A DNA stretch of 64,000 nt from a virus. The notes beneath the pieces are model-generated. The model searched no databases and was not told where the DNA came from. It saw only the letters and a program-made list of their open reading frames with translations. This document shows positions 12,645 to 25,168 of the stretch, one piece after another. The stretch covers positions 1 through 64,000 of IMG/VR virus record IMGVR_UViG_3300020576_003639; one strand, 5' to 3'. Each line of letters begins with the position of its first letter. Positions within the stretch are counted from its first letter, which is position 1. The position numbers and the translations under genes are program-made.

Positions 12645-13382
12645 ATGATAGAAATTACACCTGAGAATTTCATTGAATATCTTCAGAATCCCTGACAGAT
12701 TAGTAAATGTTATTCTGCGTTTCATAATTATTCCACATTGAATCAATGGTTGGCAGCCTCACAGTGTCTACAGATTTGACCACTGAACACATTCAAATGA
12801 TGGGAGAAGCTTGGTAGGCATGTAAAGAAATGAGAGCGTGCTATCGCCCTAATAATGCCTGTTATTACGAAGGAGAAAAACGAGAAGTGAGAAGACGAAA
12901 TTAAATCTATGTTCTTTATGCCTCGTAGAAACTGGTTCACTGTCTATCAAACTGAAGGTGATGAGTTCATTCCTGAAGTACCTGGCTTTGACTTCACTCG
13001 TATAGATGAAGAACTCCAACTCGAAAGAGTAGAGTTCAATCATACAGATGGAAATTGCCAGGGATATGCTTCAGGGAATAAGTATGCTATTAATCCTGTA
13101 GCTGCGAATCCTATGAAGACTATGTTCCATGAAATGGCTCATATACTTCTTGGCCATACTGACATGCCTATGTCTGATAGTACCACGCTTGCGCGCGATA
13201 TCAAAGAATTCCAAGCTGAATCTGTAGCATTAATCTGTGCAGCCATTATTGGACAAACAGATGAGCTGAAGTATTCACTTGGATATATTCAAAGCTACTG
13301 AATACCAGAGGTTTTGGATAAAAAGATGATAGAAAAACTTTTTTCCGTATCAAATAAAATAATAAATGCTTGTAAAATTTAA
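12645..13382 (+). CDS. ardC: ArdC-like antirestriction protein (N-terminal ssDNA-binding DUF1738-like domain + HExxH metalloprotease domain)
   Basis: N-terminal ...LNQWLAASQCLQIGPLNTFKGWEKLGRHVKKGERAIALIMPV and C-terminal HEMAHILLGH. ORFs 12645 and 12909 are in phase and joined via TGA. Confidence 0.5.
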
Positions 13383-13400
13383 TGTATGCTATATCTTAAT

Positions 13401-13428
13401 TTGACATAAAATATATTATTAATACAAT
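13401..13428 (+). promoter_or_regulatory. sigma70-like promoter (TTGACA-N16-TACAAT) upstream of an HNH gene
   Basis: ttgaca at 13401-13406 and tacaat at 13423-13428. Confidence 0.4.
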
Positions 13429-13449
13429 CACATTTATTAATATAATTAT

Positions 13450-13974
13450 ATGGAAGAATGGAAAATAATTGGTAACTCTGTTTATGAAATTTCTAACTAT
13501 TGAAATGTGAGATCTAATTCTCATTTTCATAAGTGATCTTCTTATAAGAAATTACTTCGAAAAACTAAAACTTGATATCATCAGGCTTGTTTATATGTTT
13601 GAAAAAAACATATATATCCTTATATCCATAGACTTGTTGCTTTTTATTTTATAGAAAATCCTAATTGATATTTAGAAGTAAATCATATTGATTGAGATAA
13701 ATCTAATAATCATTTTTCTAATTTAGAATGGACTACTAGAAAAAATAATATGAAACATGCTTTTGCATTAGGATTAAATAAATCTCCTTTAACTTGAAAA
13801 TTTTGAAAAGATAATCCATTATCTAAAAAAGTTTATCAGTATAAAGATTGAATTCTTATCAAGGAATTTGATTCTTTAACTCAATGTGCTAATGAATTAT
13901 GATTTGATTTATCTGATTTATCTAAAATAGTAAGATGAATCAGAAAACATAAACACTTTACATTTACTTATTAA
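13450..13974 (+). CDS. HNH homing endonuclease (NUMOD4 + HNH_3)
   Basis: MEEWKIIGNSVYEISNYGNVRS...GYHQACLYVGKKHIYPYIHRLVAFYFIENPNGYLEVNHIDGDKSNNHFSNLEWTT. Confidence 0.7.
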
Positions 13975-13984
13975 TATTTATAAT

Positions 13985-14635
13985 ATGGGCTACACACACT
14001 ATTGGAGTGATCTTGAAGTAGATAAATATCCTGAATGATTGATTAGTATATTCAATCAGGCATATCAAGACTTCCTTAGATCCTGAGTTACGATTGATTG
14101 AAAACATATCAACCTATTTTCATTGTTCTTTACGAGTGATGAAAATGAAGATCTTTTTAATGAGCATTTTCATGAGTATACTCAATGAGCTTCATGAGAA
14201 CCATTACTATTTGGTTATGATGAAGACTCATGGAACTTCTGTAAGACTGCACGCAAATCTTATGATGTTGCCGTGGTACTTGCTCTACATCTTGCATCTG
14301 TAGTTATCTGAAAAGATTATTCTTCTGATGGATCTCTAATTCATTCATTCTGAATGCTTGAAGAATACATCAAAGATGAATTAGATTGTTCTTGAAATTA
14401 TGTATATGATCTTGAAAAACTTGAAGTATTATATGATTTATGGCTTAATAGAGCTATATCTTATATAGCTGAACATGAAGAAGAAATGCAGAAGATTGAA
14501 GATGAAAAACAATACGATCGTATTTGTGATCTTCCTGATATAGATCTTGAATATATTGCTAGTGAGATAACAAAAGGTATTACGACTATTTATTTAAATA
14601 ATTGACAAATAGTAGATGTCTCATTCAGAAGATAA
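13985..14635 (+). CDS. hypothetical acidic protein
   Basis: 216-aa frame traced with nine TGA=Gly. Confidence 0.35.
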
Positions 14636-15167
14636 ATATTTACCACCAGTAGTCGTTCGGGCTATCGATAACATCTCGAGAATTAAATGAAGCTCATATC
14701 CTATAAAGATACCTGAGCTTCAGGTTGCTGTTTATTTACTTCTTAAAAAAAGAACTATGGGTTATTATACTTCTTGGAACACTGATGTATCTCTCTCGAG
14801 AAAACTCACTCGAGAAGAGTTTGTTATATTTTCTAAGTGAATTGAAAATTTTACTTCATGATGGCATATAGAAGAATTATGATTAGTTGATAAGCTATGT
14901 GTTTATGAGGATTCATTCAAGTCTTATGATCTTGAAGTAGAACTTACCAAAGTTATTTCCATTCTTAAAGATATGTGAATCAAACTTAATGGTACTATGA
15001 AATGGGACTGAGAAGAATCGGGAGATGAATGAACGATTTATCTTATCGATAGCATTTCCAATTCTGTAAAAAACTGAGATCCTCTTACGATAGTAGATTT
15101 TCTTGAGAAGAATTGATTTCCTGAAGCTGCTAAAGCTGCAAGAATCTTTGTCGCTCAAAACTTTTAG
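14616..15167 (+). CDS. hypothetical protein
   Basis: 183-aa frame with about ten TGA=Gly. Confidence 0.35.
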
Positions 15168-15227
15168 CTTGCATTAAGTATAGTTATTACTATACTATAG
15201 ATACTTTATTATTAACAATTTATACTT

Positions 15228-16670
15228 ATGCTTTCACGCATTGAAATAGATTATCCCGATTTTGGAGTGAAGATCGAAAGAGATTTTACTCCCGGGATTA
15301 ATCTTATTGAAGAGGCAAATGGATATGGAAAGAGTACTATACTCAACACAATCCTTTCTCTCTATTCGAAAAAGTATCCTGGACTCCGCACTCTTCCGAG
15401 TGGGTTGGCTAAGATTCATGCAGACGATAAAGTCTATATGATGTCTAAAGGTATGTGGGTAGGTCTCGATGAGACTCCTAACCCACTGATTCGATTCTGT
15501 TTGCCAGGAGAATTCTTTAATCTTGGATCAACTACTGAGCAGCGTAAAGCTATCATTGATCTTCTTCAGATTGATTATCCTCAGTTCATGAAAGGTGCTG
15601 TACCTGAATGGCACGAGGATATTGAGAAAGAAATCAAGGATCGTATGAAGCAGAATGAATGACGAGAAGATATTATTCTTAAGGATATTACTCGACTCCG
15701 TTCAGCTGTGATTGCATACGAAAAGAATCCTGTAGTTCTTGAAGATAATTCGCAAGAACTTCTTCAAGAATATAATGCTTGGCTTGCTAAGCAGAATGCT
15801 GAGCGTACTTCTATTATGAATGATAACAATGCTATCGTTCGTCAAAAGAATGAGCTTCAGAATATGATCAATCAGGATAAGCGTAGTATCTCAAATTATG
15901 AAGAAACTCTTCAGAGACTTCGAGAGAAGCGTGATGCTATCAAGAAGAGCGAATGTCCTACTTGTAAACAGAAAGTTCCTTTTGATCAGCCGGCTATCGA
16001 TAAGATAGTACAAGAGGCTGAAGGTATTAAGGCTGCTATTGCTAAGCATAATACAAGTATTGATTCTCATCAAACTGAGCTTGATACTCTCGAGACTAAG
16101 GCTGTACCTAATGAGGTATTGTACACGAGTGATCCATTTGCACGAGCTAAGATTCTTTGAAAGGAATTGAAAGTAAATACAAATGAGGAGCGTGATGCTG
16201 TATCTCAGTATGAGAACAATAAGCGTGAGCTAGGACTTAAGGAAGATCAACTGAAGAAGCTTGGTGAGATCAATGATAAGGTTCTCCTTTCATCAATTGA
16301 TTCTGCAAAAAAGCTCTTCACAAAGAATCTTCAGGATGATATCAAAGAGTTTAATCTCGAGATCGAACTGTTCAAAGAGCAGGCAAATGGTAAGCTTGTT
16401 GAATCATTTATCATATCACTCAATGGAAAACCATATAGTGAATTGAGTAATGGTAATAAGCTACTCCTTCAGATTCGTATGGCTCTTGCATTTATTAAGA
16501 AGCTTGGACTCGATTTCATTCTTATTGATGAGCTTGGAACTATGAGTCAAGATAACTTTGATATGGTGGTTCAGGAAGTATGATCTCTTCAGATGATCAT
16601 TGCTCGTGCAACTCCATTTGTAGTGCCTACAAATACTGATTCAGTTAAGGTGAAGCCGAAGAAAAAGTAA
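15228..16670 (+). CDS. SbcC/Rad50-family ATPase with a zinc hook
   Basis: Walker A EEANGYGKST, central coiled coil with CPTCKQ (CxxC hook), C-terminal FILIDELGTMSQDN (Walker B/D-loop). Three track ORFs share one phase and are joined by two TGA. No Mre11/SbcD partner is adjacent. Confidence 0.6.
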
Positions 16671-16697
16671 TTCGTTTATTCTTTAATCTATATCCTT

Positions 16698-17264
16698 ATG
16701 ATATCGATGACCAAACTTTATGAGTATCTTGATAAGTGGCAAGACGATCTTGGTACTGTTCTCGGGTGACTCATACTTGTTCAGTTAATTATCCTTGGTC
16801 TTGTAGGTTGGGTTCTATTCCACCCATTTGATTGACAGGAACTTCATACTGCTATTGATACAGCTCGTATAAATATCAGAGAAGATATAGTTAATCTTGA
16901 TAAAAAAATTGATTCAAGATTCTCTACTTATGATGTTCAGCTTGATGTCATTCAATGACGAACTGATTGGATTGCTGATAACATTAAGCCATCTCACTCA
17001 TGAGTCACAAACATATCTAATATTCAGCTTATACACTACATCGCTGAGGTTGAGATATGTTCTGATAAACATTCTTCATACAAAGTCAAAGTTGATTTTT
17101 ATGGAATCAACCCTAGAATTGAAAGTAATCGTCTTCTTATTTTAGATGAAAGATACTTCTCAGACTACGAGGCTGCTAATGTTTATCTTCCTATCTATGA
17201 TAAGAACACTGATTACGATGCTAATCTTTGTTCGATCAAGATTCTTTCTTCTTCAAACAAATAA
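16698..17264 (+). CDS. hypothetical membrane protein
   Basis: 188 aa with an N-terminal hydrophobic segment. Confidence 0.35.
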
Positions 17265-17286
17265 CTTTTATTCCTAATTTCTTTAT

Positions 17287-18483
17287 ATGAAATTCGAATT
17301 CCCACAAATATCTAAATTTACTCTTACCCTTCTGACACTTATTGTGTTGGGAGGGATTTTTATTGTACTCTTTTATCCAACTGAATCTCGCGTTGCTGCA
17401 AAATGGAATGCTAAGATTCAAGTTCTTTCCACTCAAATTGAGGAGAAAAGAACTGAAAGGATAAAAGCTAGGGAGGACTACTTAAAACTTGATAGCACCC
17501 TATCAGGTGCAATCGTAGACCTCATATCACAGATGAATAGATACGAAGAGTGTAAAGCTAATCTATCTATTTGATGTGATGAAAACAAAAATGTTAAGAT
17601 GATCCCATCTGTAAGCGCAGCTGAAGAAACAAATACTACCTGAACGGTCACACCTGCCATTACAGGTGTACCCTTATGAACTTGAGATCAAGACATTCAG
17701 ATAAAAAAAGAATGTGAACTCTGAGTTCGAGGGGGTAAGGTAGAATGAATTGAATTCCACTACACTGCATCTCAATCCTGAACTACTCTTACATCTATCA
17801 AGGCTAGCCATGAAGATAAATATGGTATCGATCATATCGGATATCATTATGTCATCAAGGCTAACGGAGAGATTACGAGTACTCGGGATGAGAAATGTGT
17901 AGCTGCTGCTGACAAATGGCATAAGAATAACTATAGGTTTATTCAAGTAGCTTTCGTTGGAGATGATAAACCAACTGAAGCTCAGACAAAATCTATGGTT
18001 GAATTAACTAAGGCTATTCAATTTAGATACAAGCTCCCGATCGATAGTGTCTCATCGCATCAAGAATGGGGGCCTAAATCTGAGAAAGAGAATCTCATAT
18101 ACTGGTATGGAAGCAAGGCTAACTTCATTAAGAAGATTAGAGAATCACAGTCTATCACGATATACGGTAAGGATATTAAAGCCTTATCGTATGCGTGGGA
18201 GGCTTGGTGAGATATTGATTTCATCGCTACAGTATGGCAAGAGTCTCGCTTTGATTGATGAGCTATTGGAGATGGATGAGATGCTCATTGATTCTGTCAG
18301 ATTAATAAAGCTCAGAATCCTGGATGGCATCGTGAGTACAATGCATTCAAGACATGGCAAGAGCGGATGAATTACTGTCATGAACTGTATACATATGCTG
18401 CATCTTTGCCTTGATGAGTTGGCTCTAGGTTTCACGGATATAATGTTCGCAAGAAACATATACCTTTTATTTCTATAAAGTAA
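17287..18483 (+). CDS. membrane-anchored peptidoglycan hydrolase: Amidase_2 (PGRP/T7-lysozyme-like) domain + lytic transglycosylase (SLT/GH23-like) domain
   Basis: N-terminal TM segment. FHYTAS...GYHYVI...NNYRFIQVAFVGD...SSHQEWGPKSEK matches Amidase_2. C-terminal WQESRFDGGAIGDGGDAHGFCQIN matches the SLT ES...GxxQI motif. About 25 TGA=Gly. Confidence 0.6.
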
Positions 18484-18488
18484 CTTTT

Positions 18489-18662
18489 ATGTTTCAGATT
18501 ATTAAATACATCTTGATGTTGAATGCTACTCGGTTCAAAGATAATCGTATAGGAATAAGAGAAGCTCTTCTTTCTATACGATGACTCGGGAAAGATGAGT
18601 ACCTACATAGGTTACGGAAGATGTACAATGAACACTTCCACTATGATGAAGAAACTCTTTAA
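18489..18662 (+). CDS. small hypothetical protein
   Basis: 57 aa. Confidence 0.25.
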
Positions 18663-18672
18663 CTATATTTTT

Positions 18673-18807
18673 ATGAGTAAGTCTGATATAAAACTTATTG
18701 ATGATCTTATATCTGCAATGAATAGACAAAGGAATAAGCTTCCTAATTGAATCTATACTGCAGATGAGATAATCAAATGGCTTGAGAAACAGAAACCATT
18801 TATTTAA
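18673..18807 (+). CDS. small hypothetical protein
   Basis: 44 aa. Confidence 0.25.
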
Positions 18808-18820
18808 TAATCATATTCTT

Positions 18821-19027
18821 ATGAGTAATCTTGTAAATAGTTTGAATAAGATTTATCCGGGTGAGTTGGAGCCATGAATGGTTGTATACTACATACCATT
18901 CGAAGGATCAGATGAACGAGAACGATGAGTGGTGTCTTCATTATGTGAGGACACCGCCTTTGTATTCGTTCGATACACTGAAGGCATTACTGCAGCTCGT
19001 ACTGCAATCAAAGATTTAATTCGCTAA
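18821..19027 (+). CDS. small hypothetical protein
   Basis: 68 aa. Confidence 0.25.
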
Positions 19028-19037
19028 CCTTACTTCT

Positions 19038-20048
19038 ATGCTTACTCAAGAACAAAAAGATAAAGTTATTGCTGCTATTAAGCATTCCGAGATCTATTAT
19101 GTAGATCGCAATGATAGTCTTGATCATCTATCTTCAGACCAATGGCTCGAACTCATTCGAGATGGATATCTTTCTGAAGACATCACAATGAATTGGGACA
19201 CAGATATCACTTGGATTATGGATGAAGCCTATAAAGCTTTGGACATAGAAGATCGTGATGATGATGACCTTCGTGAAGAGATCCAGGATCTTATTTATGA
19301 GCATTGCTCTAATGATCCTATGGATCAGTTACTTCGTAACACTCGTCACCAGAATATCATTCATGTCATCGGAGATCTTGATGATGTGGAACTTCCATCT
19401 GAAATCGAAGACTCAGATGATTACGGTGAATATGATCTCTATGCATTTCGTACAGGTATTCTTCTTTGAAGAACTCTTGAAGACATGCTTGCTATGTTTA
19501 CCAAGGATGAAGAGTGGAAGTCTTCTGAGTATCGTAAGTACTATAGTATATACAATGAAGGCTTTGGTTATACCAAACTCTGTGTTGCTTATAAGATAGA
19601 TGCTGATGATATCCCGAAGATCCATACTTCATTCACCAATGGTGATAAGGTTAAGCTTCGCAACTGAGATGTCGGAGTTATTAATAACTCTGAAGGATCA
19701 GGATGGATGGCAAGTAATACATTCGTAGTAGATCCTGTATTTATATTTGATATCAATCAATGCTATCATGATAAAGCTATGGGTCGCTATGGTTATTACG
19801 ATCAAGTAGTCGGAGATGATGCTGATCATGGTCAGATTATTGTAGTTGAGAAGGCTACAGTACCTATGGTTACTGAAGATCCTCTTGCTGCTACTCGTGA
19901 ACTCGAGGCTCAGTATGAAGCTACCTACAAAAACTGAGGTTGTACATTTGGTGATACCAAATACGATAGGCATCGCAATAAAGAGTATGTTAATCAATAC
20001 CCTTGTGGTACTCATTGTCATTCTTGTGGCCAATTTTGGATAGACTAA
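19038..20048 (+). CDS. highly acidic protein with a Cys/His-rich C-terminus (DNA-mimic or anti-restriction candidate)
   Basis: Three track ORFs in one phase. Asp/Glu runs (DIEDRDDDDLREE..., SEIEDSDDYGEYDLY). C-terminal CGTHCHSCGQ. Confidence 0.35.
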
Positions 20049-20072
20049 TCCTATATTTTAATCATACATTTT

Positions 20073-20948
20073 ATGTCACATTTTACTGTGCTTGTTATCG
20101 GAGATGATGTCGATGAAGCTATGTCTCCATTCGATGAGACGATTGAGCTTGCGAAGTATGTCGAGTATACTCGAGAAGAACTTATAACTAAGTCTCGTCA
20201 AGAGGTTGAAGATTATAAGAACTGAATCTATGCAGAGTACATTGCTGATCCTGAAGCTTATGCACAAACTCATAAGTCTGATCAGCATATTCGATATCTT
20301 GAAATAGACTTTCCAAAGAAGCTCGAATGGACTGATCAAGAACATTATGAGGAAGCTACTCGTTGGTATGAGCCTGAAGATATTGGTATCAATGGCGAAG
20401 TATATTCAACTCGTAATCCTCAGGGTTACTGGGATTGGTATCAGATCGGTGGTCGTTGGGCAGGACAGATTATTGTTAAGCCTGGCACAACATTTGATAC
20501 TCCTAACTTTAGTTGGGGATGGAGTGAAGAAGAGAAGGAGAAGATTATGAATACACTTCGTACTGATTCTGCTCTTCTCAAAGACATAGACTTTGATGCT
20601 ATGCAAGTTGATGATATCAAGAACTATACTGAAAGATATGGTCTTCTCAAACGATGGGATGATCTTACTACTGAAGAAAGATTCGGTAGATTCTGGTGAG
20701 CTACTGAAGAGATTGCATTTGTAAAAGAATGACACTCTCTTGAAGAGTATCTTGATGAGTATATGCCACACCCATTGCAAGCTTATGCTTACATACACAA
20801 TGGTATATGGAATGCTCGAGGTAAGATGGGATGGTGGGCATGTTCAGATGATAAGTTTACTGGATCACAATGGAAGAAATTCTTTACTGAATTCATTAAG
20901 ACTCTTGATCCTGAGACTCGCATCACCTTTGTTGATTGTCATGTCTAA
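20073..20948 (+). CDS. hypothetical protein (291 aa; WDWYQIGGRW motif)
   Basis: Continuous frame with five TGA. No family assigned. Confidence 0.4.
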
Positions 20949-20965
20949 TCTTAATCTTTATTCTT

Positions 20966-21529
20966 ATGCCTAACTGGTGCAACAATTACCTTGATCTCTT
21001 GACCAAGGAGAAACCTACATGGGTTGATGCTGATCTCGTATGAGATGATGCTTTAGAGTTACCGAATGCTGATCATTATGCATTTGGGGCAGACATATCT
21101 TGTATGCCTGGCGATAAATGTTGGAGGACTATGATCCACTTCCAAACAAAGTGGTCTCCACCTATTGAGTTCTATAAATGGTTACTCGATGAAGGTTGCT
21201 TAGATATTTATGCAGATTATTCTGAACCTGGATCTTGCATCTATGGTAAGTTCGATATGAACTGACATGATGAAAGGTCTTGGCCTGATACTTTCTACTC
21301 AGACATGATCGATATGACAATACACTTGACTGTACCACCTCAATTATTTATGGATGTGGTACAGGATGAGTATTGTTTATTCGAAGATTATCTGAAAGAA
21401 ATGTACGATAGAACTACACCCGAGAACTGATCTGATATACAAGCTGAGATCGAAAGCTGTGCTGAGATTCTCAATGTGAATCTTGAGGATCAGAAATGGG
21501 TTGAGTTAGTTGCATCGTTTACTTCTTAA
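20966..21529 (+). CDS. DUF1281-like phage protein
   Basis: MPNWCNNYL... N-terminus and a ...HFQTKWSPP signature recalled for DUF1281. Confidence 0.4.
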
Positions 21530-21539
21530 TCATATTCTT

Positions 21540-22058
21540 ATGAATTCTTTTACGAATAGAATGAATGAAATAGAGAATCTATTTATTCTTCTAAGAACAG
21601 ATATCAACTGAGATATATGTGGACTCGAGCCTGTCATTGCTATCAATGATGGCGAACAGTTCATTAAGTGTTATCAATGTGAAGACTGAATCATGTACGA
21701 TATATATGATAAAGATCCTCGCGATAATGGCAACGAAGATCTCGAGCCTACTGATGGATGATGCTTAGTTAATACTGAAGAAGATCTTGATATAGATTTC
21801 TATGGTATACTATCCAAGCTTGAGTTCATTGGTAAGGCTCATCTTCCTATGGAAGTTACTCCGCTCTATGCTACATGTAGATATGTAGATGGAAGCGGTG
21901 GTATCGTAGCTGATCAGATGTTTCATCTGTCGCTTGACTATCAGAATGATCAGCTCAAAAAAATGATAGCTCACGAAATGAGTTATCATGAATCTTCTGA
22001 TATGATTACTGAGTTCCTTAAAACTCAAGACTTCTCAACTGCTGTTGAAGTTGATTGA
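21540..22058 (+). CDS. hypothetical protein
   Basis: 172-aa frame. Confidence 0.35.
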
Positions 22059-22200
22059 GATTCTCAGGAACATCTTTCTTATGGAAAGAATTCTGATTGA
22101 TGAATCTACTTTTATTATTATGATGGTGATTGTAATTACTATCACTTTCAGGTATTCAAAGTAGAACCGACTACCTATTTAGATCTTCACTATTAATCTT

Positions 22201-22335
22201 ATGTCTACTCCATTAGATGATATGCAAGCTCGCTATGATAGCGAGTATAAGGAACAACTTGAGTATGCTGAAGCTCGTAACTGGCAATGATTTCTAAAGG
22301 AATGAATTGCAAAACTTATTTTAGATACTAAATAA
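22201..22335 (+). CDS. small hypothetical protein
   Basis: 44 aa. Confidence 0.25.
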
Positions 22336-22569
22336 TTTATTATTATGTTTAGACATTCTTATACTATACAGATCTTATGATCTGGACTTTGAGAATATCA
22401 TGTAGTTATGTTTGATTCTCCGAATCAAGTTCCTACTACAACTGAGTATCAAGAGAAACTTGTATGATCTTTGGATTGTTATAAGGATCAATATCCTGAT
22501 AAGATTCAACGTGTCATAGAATGAAAGTATCACTTCGTATGTCATACCTATTTTCTAATAGTTTAATCT

Positions 22570-22842
22570 ATGGATCATTACACACAAATGTCTAATCGAT
22601 TGACTGAATTAAAGTCATATCCAAATCCTACTAAGGAGCAACTCACTGAGATTGTTTCAATACTTGAAGGCATTATTGAATGAGTATGACCTAAGGTAGT
22701 AGCAGTTCCTTTTACTATAGAGGACTGTGAAGATCTTCGAGACTGAGGATCATTCGAATGGGAGTTCAATTGAGTCACGCTTGATATCTACAACTGTGAT
22801 ACTGATCCTCGGGATGATGAAGATGAAGATGTTCCATTCTAA
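22570..22842 (+). CDS. small acidic hypothetical protein
   Basis: 90 aa. Confidence 0.3.
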
Positions 22843-22858
22843 TATTAATCTTATTCTT

Positions 22859-23179
22859 ATGAGACTCTGGGAATTTTCTGATAAATTAATAAAAGAATTA
22901 TTATTCGGTGACTCATTTTATTTTGAGGTTACTTGAGTAACTAATCGAACTAGTGCATATCATATAAATGATAAGAAATCTATTAAACTATTCACTGTTC
23001 ATTTATATAAATGTTGTTGAAGTGATATTACAGAACTAGAATCTTACATCCAAAAAGAACTTGAACTTGTAAAAGAATCTAGAATTGATTTCTCTATCAA
23101 GAGTACAGAACAATTTACTTTTTATGTAAAAACAAAATGTAATAAAAATAAAGTTACTGTTTATGTAGATGCTGAATAG
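22859..23179 (+). CDS. hypothetical protein
   Basis: 106 aa. It ends at the TAG of the recurring TAGCCTACAAATACTGAT motif. Confidence 0.3.
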
Positions 23180-23231
23180 CCTACAAATACTGATTCAGTT
23201 TCGTATAGAAAAGAAATCATTTTGTTCCCTT

Positions 23232-23258
23232 GTCTATACCATTTGGTATAGATTTTTT
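23232..23258 (+). terminator. rho-independent terminator
   Basis: tctatacc-attt-ggtataga hairpin followed by ttttttaat. Confidence 0.5.
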
Positions 23259-23269
23259 AATCCTATTAT

Positions 23270-23425
23270 TATGGACACACTTATCGGACTCGCTATCATA
23301 GCTTGAAGTATCTTCTCTTCAGTATACACACTTGGTATATGGGAAGAGATGCCTAAATGGTTGAAGGTTACTTCAGGTATTATGAATGTAATCTTTATGG
23401 TTATATTCTTCTACCTCGCTCATAA
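23270..23425 (+). CDS. small membrane protein
   Basis: 51 aa, hydrophobic. Confidence 0.3.
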
Positions 23426-23524
23426 GATGTAGCCTACAAATACTGATTTAGTAATTGAGGTACAGATCAGAGCAATAAATTTTTTTGGAATAGCATTTGC
23501 TATTCTTATTTTAACTTCACTATT

Positions 23525-23896
23525 ATGGAAGTAATCGCATGTTCAGTTGAATCAGTACAAGCACCAGTTATATCAGTTCGTGAGCCTCGTGTTGAACGAA
23601 AGTTTGAAGGCATTGAGAATGTCCTCAACTATTTGGTTGTCTCTCGTGACATCAAAGTGTATTCTGTTATGTCTCATCTCCCTGAATCTGAAGCTACGGA
23701 TATGAAGACAGGAGAAGTTAATACTCTTCCTGAAACTGTTTCATATCAGGTGAAGAAATGATTCTTGAATGTAACCGCTAGCTGATCTATCTTCCACAAG
23801 AACAACTGACGGAAGGAGAATGTTGGTTACATCAACGATGAAGGAGTTCCTGCAATCACTGATAAGTGAGCAAAGATCCTTCTCGCCATTAGTTAA
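23525..23896 (+). CDS. hypothetical protein
   Basis: 123 aa via TGA readthrough. Confidence 0.3.
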
Positions 23897-23954
23897 TACT
23901 ACCTTGGGACTACAGGAAACTGTAGTCCTTTTGGTATTCTTAACCCTTAATACT

Positions 23955-24110
23955 ATGTCTCTTTACGGAACTAAAAACATCTCGACATCTCGTGCAAAAT
24001 CTATTAATGAAATGCAAGCTCGTGAGTCTGCATCTCGTCAAGCTACTCGAGAATCTATGGCACATGCCACTAAGATTAAGCGTATTGATAGACTCGTTAC
24101 AATCGGGTAG
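23955..24110 (+). CDS. small hypothetical protein
   Basis: 51 aa, polar and basic. Confidence 0.25.
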   Translation: MSLYGTKNISTSRAKSINEMQARESASRQATRESMAHATKIKRIDRLVTIG

Positions 24111-24117
24111 TAAAATC

Positions 24118-24150
24118 TTCTGCCTCTTTAGGGAGGCAGGTATTTTATTA
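24118..24150 (+). terminator. rho-independent terminator
   Basis: ctgcctc-ttta-gggaggcag hairpin followed by gtattttattatt. Confidence 0.55.
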
Positions 24151-24163
24151 TTAAATCTGTATT

Positions 24164-24343
24164 ATGAAATCGTTCATTATCACATTCTTCACTTATTCTA
24201 TGTATGTAATATCATTATCTACCATAGGATTAGGTGCGTTAACTATGTTCGTACCTATTGATCACTCTGTCATCATAGGATTACTTCTTATTCTTATAGG
24301 AGGAAGAACATTCTTGGAGATAAGAAAACTTCTAGGCATATAG
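24164..24343 (+). CDS. small membrane protein
   Basis: 59 aa, hydrophobic. Confidence 0.3.
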   Translation: MKSFIITFFTYSMYVISLSTIGLGALTMFVPIDHSVIIGLLLILIGGRTFLEIRKLLGI

Positions 24344-24365
24344 CCTGGATTTTTTCGGAGATCCA

Positions 24366-24393
24366 CCATCCTCCCCGACCACCACCCTAGTCT
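24366..24393 (+). repeat. 28-bp GC-rich direct repeat, copy A (CCATCCTCCCCGACCACCACCCTAGTCT)
   Basis: Exact second copy at 25169-25196. It forms a C-rich island in AT-rich DNA. Confidence 0.8.
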
Positions 24394-24517
24394 TTTTAAG
24401 TATGAAAAACATTTGCAATTGATACGGATTTTCATATAATAAAAGAAAGAAATCAAATTAGTTTGAGTCTTCATAAATGTGGTTACAATTATTTGTAATT
24501 GGTTGCGGAGATCCTCG

Positions 24518-24568
24518 AGAAAGAGAGATAATAAATGACATTCAGTCAGGAACTTATCTCTCTTTTTT
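24518..24568 (+). terminator. long hairpin + T-run (terminator-like)
   Basis: agaaagagagataa ... ttatctctcttt followed by ttttag. Confidence 0.4.
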
Positions 24569-25088
24569 AGTTGTTCGCTCTCGGGGGAACTGATACTATG
24601 TATTCAATCCATTGGAATCCATATATTATAATCTCTATATATATCTCATAGTATTATATCTCTTCCTATTCATTCCTTATAAGAAGAATAGAAGGGATTG
24701 CCCCGTTGCTCCGTTGCCCTGAGACCTATAACACTCCTGACTACAAACGACTTACTGAGAGAGAGATTACAGTAATCTATACAGGGACTATGTTACTGAA
24801 GTCTTTGTTAAATACTAATATTAGTGTATGATATAGAATAAGAAAACAAAAGGTGAGAGGGGAGTACTCCCACAATACTCTTTTTTTGTTTCTCTTATCC
24901 TACTATCAAACTATATTATACAATATATTATACCACAAATAGCATCGCTTTTCTCGTGGTTATATCAACTTATAGATAGTGCGTTTTATTTATAGCACTA
25001 GGCTAAAGGTTGCTTGACAACTTTTAGCTAATTATTTAATGTCAAGTATTACTATTATTATCTTATTATTTATTCCTTACAGCAGGTA

Positions 25089-25121
25089 ACTTGTTTTATA
25101 TATTACCTGTTTTTTGTGATT
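25089..25121 (+). terminator. hairpin + T6 (terminator-like) inside the non-coding region
   Basis: caggtaa-cttgttttatatat-tacctg followed by tttttt. Confidence 0.45.
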
Positions 25122-25168
25122 AGTTCAGAGAGTAGGAGAGTATGGTAGGAATCTAGTTATCAGTTCCG

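Noticed and set aside
11276-23447. Idea that the TAGCCTACAAATACTGAT motif marks programmed TAG readthrough adding a PTNTD C-terminal peptide
   Set aside because: Re-tracing showed the gene at 23270 stops at TAA 23423 before the motif. The motif's TAG only sometimes coincides with a stop codon. The TAG is part of a DNA-level motif.
24262-24474. Minus-strand ORF 24262-24474 and other ORF-track entries antisense to well-supported genes (for example 5816-6013, 7365-7847, 39879-40595, 43056-43598, 53630-54091)
   Set aside because: AT-rich sequence yields long antisense ORFs by chance. The sense-strand genes have recognisable domains and consistent phase, and the antisense ORFs lack them.
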